Of a stretch of 64,000 nt of DNA, positions 59,846 through 64,000 are shown piece by piece; position 1 is the first letter of the stretch, and each line of letters starts with the position of its first letter. Below the pieces are notes generated by a model. The model did no database searches, was not told the origin of the DNA, and saw only the letters and a program-made list of their open reading frames with translations. This stretch comes from Candidatus Kerfeldbacteria bacterium. GTDB lineage: Bacteria > Patescibacteriota > Patescibacteriia > UBA10025 > JAHIVO01. The translations under genes were made by a program, and so were the position numbers. The stretch spans positions 79,154-143,153 of the forward strand of contig CP181398.1 of assembly GCA_047946875.1 (NCBI GenBank), read 5' to 3'.

Positions 59846-60949
59846 ATGCATACTATCAAAACATTAACTATAGCTTCAATAAAAATGTTTGTTAGAAATA
59901 AGCAGTCTGCTTTTTTTTCACTTTTTATGCCGTTGGTGATAATGACAATTTTTGGTTTTATTGGTTTTGATAGTGTTCCAAAAACAAATATTGGAATAGT
60001 CCTTGATAATCCAAGTGTAGGTACAGAACAATTTGTAGAACAGCTAAATAATATTGAAACATTTGAAATATTTGAAGGAACTGAAGAAGAAGAAAGAGAA
60101 GCAATGGTATCTGGAGAGCGTCATCTAATATTGATTATTCCTGATAATATGATTCCAATACCTGGAGTAGAACAAATTCCAGAAAAACAAATAATAAAAG
60201 TATTAACAGATGTCCAACAGCCACAACAGGCTCATATCGGGATGAGTATAATTAGTGAGATGCTGAATAAAACAAATTTAGCTATTGTAGGTGCGACAGA
60301 GTTATTTGAATTAGAGATAGAAGAGGTAAGTAGTAATAATGCTAGATATATTGATTTTCTACTTCCAGGTATAATCGCTATGGCAATTATGCAAATGTCT
60401 ATTTTTTCTGTTGCTTTTGTTTTTGCAGATTACAAAGAAAAAGGAATTTTGAAAAGATTGGTTGCTACGCCGATGAAACCTTATGAATTTGTAACAGCCA
60501 ATATTATTACTCGATTATTAGTGGCCTTAATACAAACAGCTATTTTGATAGCAGTTGGGGTATTTTTGCTAAACACACAGATATTAGGATCATATTTCTT
60601 GATACTACTTATTTCAATTTTAGGTGGTGTGATGTTCTTAGGCTTAGGTTTTGTTATATCAGGAATGTCTAAGACTGTAGAAGCGGTACCAGCTATTGCA
60701 AATGTTATTGCTTTTCCTATGCTATTCTTATCAGGAATATTTTTCCCAATGGAATCAATGCCAGAATGGCTCGGTAATATTGTTCAATATTTACCTCTCA
60801 CATATTTCGCTAATGCTTTACGTGAAGTGATGGGTGGGGGAGCTTCCTTCATGGATGTGTCATCTGATATTTATTGGATGTTGGCTTGGTCAGTGGTATT
60901 GATAATATTAGCAAATTATACATTTTCATTCGAAAAAAAGAGGGTATAA
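59846..60949 (+). CDS. ABC-2 type transporter permease
   Basis: Six TM helices in ABC-2 layout, immediately downstream of the ATPase. Confidence 0.75.
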   Translation: MHTIKTLTIASIKMFVRNKQSAFFSLFMPLVIMTIFGFIGFDSVPKTNIGIVLDNPSVGTEQFVEQLNNIETFEIFEGTEEEEREAMVSGERHLILIIPDNMIPIPGVEQIPEKQIIKVLTDVQQPQQAHIGMSIISEMLNKTNLAIVGATELFELEIEEVSSNNARYIDFLLPGIIAMAIMQMSIFSVAFVFADYKEKGILKRLVATPMKPYEFVTANIITRLLVALIQTAILIAVGVFLLNTQILGSYFLILLISILGGVMFLGLGFVISGMSKTVEAVPAIANVIAFPMLFLSGIFFPMESMPEWLGNIVQYLPLTYFANALREVMGGGASFMDVSSDIYWMLAWSVVLIILANYTFSFEKKRV

Positions 60950-61012
60950 ATTAGAGCATAGTAAGACTCTCCTAAAAAGGGGAGTTTTTTGGTATACTGT
61001 TAATATAAAGGT

Positions 61013-62314
61013 ATGATATATTTTACTATCGCTTTTTTTATAATCATCATACTGATTATATTTAAGCCAAAAAAAATCAATGAAGCGATTATTTCTTTAT
61101 TGGGGCTAATTGTTCTAATACTTTTTGGTTTAATACAGTTCTCAGATGTTCCTCAATCACTCTTTGGAAGTGATTTTTTCCAGCCAATCAAAATAGTAAT
61201 TATTCTAATTAGTTTGGCTATAATTTCTACTACTTTAGATGATTATGGTTTCTTTAGATATATTGCTCACAAAGCAATACTTTGGTCAAAGAATAATGGT
61301 CAGTTGTTATTTAGAAATTTCTTTATATTAACTATTGTTTTGACTAGCTTCACTTCAAACGATGTTGATATTCTAACTATAACGCCAATAGTATTATGGT
61401 TTGCCTTGATCACCAAGATAAATCCAATCCCATATTTGTTTGTAACTTTTGTTGCTGCTAATACAAGCTCAATGGAATTTTTGATTGGTAATTTGACTAA
61501 TATAGTGATCGGAAATATTTTTGGTTTAGGTTTTGTAGAATTTTTCTTGATTATGGTTATACCTACTATTGTGACATTGTTTGTACAATATTTCATATTA
61601 AAATTATTGTTTCGTAAGCAATTACCTGATAAATTAGTACCCCAAGAAAAATTAGAAGAAGTAAATAAAGAAATACAAAAACCACTAATTAATCGTAAGA
61701 AGAATTATTTTGTACTAATTATTTTAGGATTAGTAATATTGGGGAGTGCTTTGTCAGATTTTTTACCGTTCGAATTGTGGATGGTTACAACTGTCGGAGC
61801 TCTAATATTGTTATCATCATTTCAATTTAATTTGATAAAAAGATTAAAATCAATTCCGTGGAATGTTGTTATTTTTGCTCTGACTTTCATAATTTTAACT
61901 GGTAAGCTTCAGTCATTTGGTATTATTGGAAAATTAACTTCATTTTTTTCAGGTGCCATGTCTGATGTATGGAGTAGTGTATTTACCTCTGGTTTTCTAA
62001 GTGGAATGTTAAGTGGCTTGATTAATAATATTCCCGCTTCAATAAGTTTAAGTAGTTTATTTCATTTATTAACATTAAATGCTAGTGATATTATTACAAA
62101 AGCTTCTGCTTATGGTCTAGTAGTTGGTACTAATATCGGCGCTTTGTTAACGCCAGTTGGAGCTTTGGCTACTATACTATGGATTACTTTGATTCGTAAT
62201 AAAGGTTTCAAATTTCCAATGAAAAAATTTATTACATATGGTCTGATAATTGGTTTTGTGTCGATTGGGGTATCTTGCACCATAATTGCTATCGAATTAT
62301 TGTTATTTTTTTGA
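61013..62314 (+). CDS. ArsB/NhaD/CitMHS-superfamily ion transporter permease
   Basis: A 12-TM protein carrying ..NTSSMEFLIGNLTNIVIGN.. Preceded by an extended -10 TGGTATACT. Confidence 0.55.
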   Translation: MIYFTIAFFIIIILIIFKPKKINEAIISLLGLIVLILFGLIQFSDVPQSLFGSDFFQPIKIVIILISLAIISTTLDDYGFFRYIAHKAILWSKNNGQLLFRNFFILTIVLTSFTSNDVDILTITPIVLWFALITKINPIPYLFVTFVAANTSSMEFLIGNLTNIVIGNIFGLGFVEFFLIMVIPTIVTLFVQYFILKLLFRKQLPDKLVPQEKLEEVNKEIQKPLINRKKNYFVLIILGLVILGSALSDFLPFELWMVTTVGALILLSSFQFNLIKRLKSIPWNVVIFALTFIILTGKLQSFGIIGKLTSFFSGAMSDVWSSVFTSGFLSGMLSGLINNIPASISLSSLFHLLTLNASDIITKASAYGLVVGTNIGALLTPVGALATILWITLIRNKGFKFPMKKFITYGLIIGFVSIGVSCTIIAIELLLFF

Positions 62315-62388
62315 TATATTACACACCCTTCTAAAGAAAGGTGGTTTTTGGTATACTTACTTATATTTAATATTAACATTCTATTATA

Positions 62389-63108
62389 ATGAAGTATTTA
62401 ACAATATTGATTTTTATAGTACTTTCCGTTGTTTATTACTTTACTTCGTTTGGTTCTGACGATTACTCGCAGGTATTTTTGACAATATCAACATTTTTAT
62501 TTGCTATTTTTACAGGGTTTTTTATATCAAGACAAGGGCAAAGATATAGTGCTATTAGAGAGCAAATCACAAAATTTGATGGTGAGATGTCATCTATTTA
62601 CCGTAAGTTCGGCCATCTAGGTAAAGAAGCTCAGGAATCTGCAAAAGAGATCATTCATGACCACTATGAAAAAATACTTACTCATAAAAAGTGGGATTAT
62701 CATTTCATAAATCCTTCAAATACAATCACTGATTGTCACCAACTTTTAGAAAGCGTGGCTAAAGATAAGAGCTTGCCGAGTTTGCAAAATTTTGCAGTCC
62801 AGAGAATCCTTGTGTCTCTCGAAAGTGTACAGGTGGCGCGGAAGGGTATGGTCGCCCTGCACCAAGAACGGATTCCGCGGTTCCAGTGGGTGCTGGTATA
62901 TTTTTTGGTAGCCATCCTTCTGGTGGCAGTTTCTACGATTCCGTCAGAAGGTTTTTTGATCGGATCAATTTTGAAAGGAGCGTTTTCAAGTTCGGCCCTT
63001 TTTGTCGTTATTCTCCTGAATTCATTTGACAGGTTACATTTTTTTGAAGGCACGATCGGTGAAAATTCTGCCAGGGATATTCTGGATATTTTTGCTGGTA
63101 AAAAATAA
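62389..63108 (+). CDS. hypothetical 4-TM membrane protein (possibly DUF4239-like)
   Basis: Two N-terminal and two C-terminal TM helices around a soluble core. Preceded by an extended -10 TGGTATACT. Confidence 0.35.
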   Translation: MKYLTILIFIVLSVVYYFTSFGSDDYSQVFLTISTFLFAIFTGFFISRQGQRYSAIREQITKFDGEMSSIYRKFGHLGKEAQESAKEIIHDHYEKILTHKKWDYHFINPSNTITDCHQLLESVAKDKSLPSLQNFAVQRILVSLESVQVARKGMVALHQERIPRFQWVLVYFLVAILLVAVSTIPSEGFLIGSILKGAFSSSALFVVILLNSFDRLHFFEGTIGENSARDILDIFAGKK

Positions 63109-63111
63109 TTT

Positions 63112-64000
63112 ATGCCAAAAAAAATAAAAATTGCTATCGCCAGTTTCGAACCGCTTGTTATTAAGAAGGGAGATTCTTATAGTGGTTTTGAAATTGAATT
63201 GTGGGAAAAAATTGCGCGTGATTTAAAATTGGATTATGAATATGTATATTATCCTTTTGTTGAAGTTTTGCCAAAATTAAAAAATGCCGAGGTTGATATT
63301 GCTATAGCTGGAATTACAATAAATGGAGAACGTGAAGAGTATCTAGATTTTACTTACAAGACATTTGATTCAGGATTGAATATATTAACCAATGTAAAAA
63401 AAGGAAGAAGTTTTTTATCCTCCGTAAAGCAAATTTTTAATGTTGAAGTTGGAAAAATATTATTATTACTTTTGGGTTTTGTTTTTATTGCTGCCAATGT
63501 TTTATGGCTTGTCGAGAGAGGATCTAAACATATAAGTGATAATTATTTTAGTGGAATAGTTGATTCTTTTTGGTGGGGAGTCGTAACTGTTAGTACAGTC
63601 GGGTATGGTGATATTGTACCACTATCTTTAGGAGGACGCGTTGTTGGAGTTTTTGTGATTATGATAGGATTGGCAATATTCGGTTTGTATGTTGCAAAAA
63701 TAAGTTCTTCTATGACTATCCAGGAAATTAAATCAGATATACAGGGTGAGTCAGACTTGAAAGGGAAGAAGATAGCTACGGTTCAAGGATCAACCAGCGT
63801 TGATTTTTTACAAAAAGTAGGGGCGAAAGTTGTTGAGGTAAAGAAAATTGAGGATGCTTATCAGAAACTTGAAACATTCAATGTTGATGCGGTGGTGTTT
63901 GATGCACCAGTGCTTTTGAATTACCAAAATATCCAAGAAAAAAATAATTTTATTATAGCTGGAGAACTAATGAAACCCCAATCTTACGGAATTGCATTTC
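63112..64000 (+). CDS. GluR0-like ionotropic glutamate receptor homolog / ligand-gated K+ channel (3' truncated by window edge)
   Basis: An SBP_bac_3 lobe-1 segment (..AIAGITINGEREEYLDFTY..), then M1, a pore helix with K+ selectivity filter TVGYGD, M2, and a lobe-2 segment (..KKIATVQGSTSVDFL..). No stop codon within the window. Confidence 0.7.
   Translation, partial: MPKKIKIAIASFEPLVIKKGDSYSGFEIELWEKIARDLKLDYEYVYYPFVEVLPKLKNAEVDIAIAGITINGEREEYLDFTYKTFDSGLNILTNVKKGRSFLSSVKQIFNVEVGKILLLLLGFVFIAANVLWLVERGSKHISDNYFSGIVDSFWWGVVTVSTVGYGDIVPLSLGGRVVGVFVIMIGLAIFGLYVAKISSSMTIQEIKSDIQGESDLKGKKIATVQGSTSVDFLQKVGAKVVEVKKIEDAYQKLETFNVDAVVFDAPVLLNYQNIQEKNNFIIAGELMKPQSYGIAF

Noticed and set aside
62736-63053. 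105-aa minus-strand ORF
   Set aside because: It is an artefact of the local GC-rich stretch inside the plus-strand membrane gene and has no start context.
1-64000. Search for a diversity-generating retroelement or retron (common in CPR)
   Set aside because: No ORF with a reverse-transcriptase YxDD motif was found, and no template/variable repeat pair could be seen by eye.

Overview
Low-GC, gene-dense bacterial chromosome segment with Candidate Phyla Radiation (Patescibacteria) hallmarks: ribosomal protein L30 is absent between rpsE and rplO, several ribosomal proteins carry Lys-rich extensions, and two short-form class IIb aminoacyl-tRNA synthetases are present. Standard genetic code; no rRNA, CRISPR array, transposase or reverse transcriptase found.

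Core content is a streptomycin (str) / S10 / spc ribosomal super-operon: rpsL-rpsG-fusA-[inserted ORF]-tuf-rpsJ-rplC...rplO-secY-[kinase]-adk-map. The usual infA-rpmJ-rpsM-rpsK-rpsD-rpoA-rplQ tail is missing. Other recognisable genes: ArsR regulator, U32 peptidase, uppS plus polyprenyl synthase, rpmB, peptidase M50 (site-2 protease family), ruvX, a WecA-like glycosyl-1-phosphate transferase (MraY/WecA family), DUF192, rplU, recR-ybaB-dnaB, SPFH, Ca-type P-type ATPase, asnS-like and aspS, YbaK deacylase, scpA/scpB, peptidase S11 DD-carboxypeptidase, tpiA-fba-gap, an ABC-2 exporter, an ArsB/NhaD-family permease, and a partial GluR0-like ligand-gated K+ channel at the 3' edge. Two tRNAs: Lys-TTT on the minus strand and Glu-CTC on the plus strand.

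Most unusual region: about 10 kb of ORFan genes directly downstream of tRNA-Glu (48.0-57.7 kb). It holds a DUF360 holin-like protein, two membrane-anchored C39-like cysteine peptidases (one with Ig-like repeats), and a 1032-aa protein built on a near-perfect 117-bp tandem repeat array with a putative Cys/His C-terminal domain. A flippase-like membrane protein and the ABC-2 exporter follow. This is a candidate novel secretion/processing module.

Other notable items: a 53-aa histone-H1-like Lys/Ala micro-protein built on a perfect 60-bp tandem repeat; a family of membrane-anchored proteins sharing a YxFSFxYPxxW motif (3 paralogues); Cys-rich secreted proteins wedged between asnS and aspS; a DUF2330-LamG fusion surface protein; GC-rich palindromic elements in an AT-rich background; and an unannotated His-rich 50-aa ORF next to the ArsR regulator.
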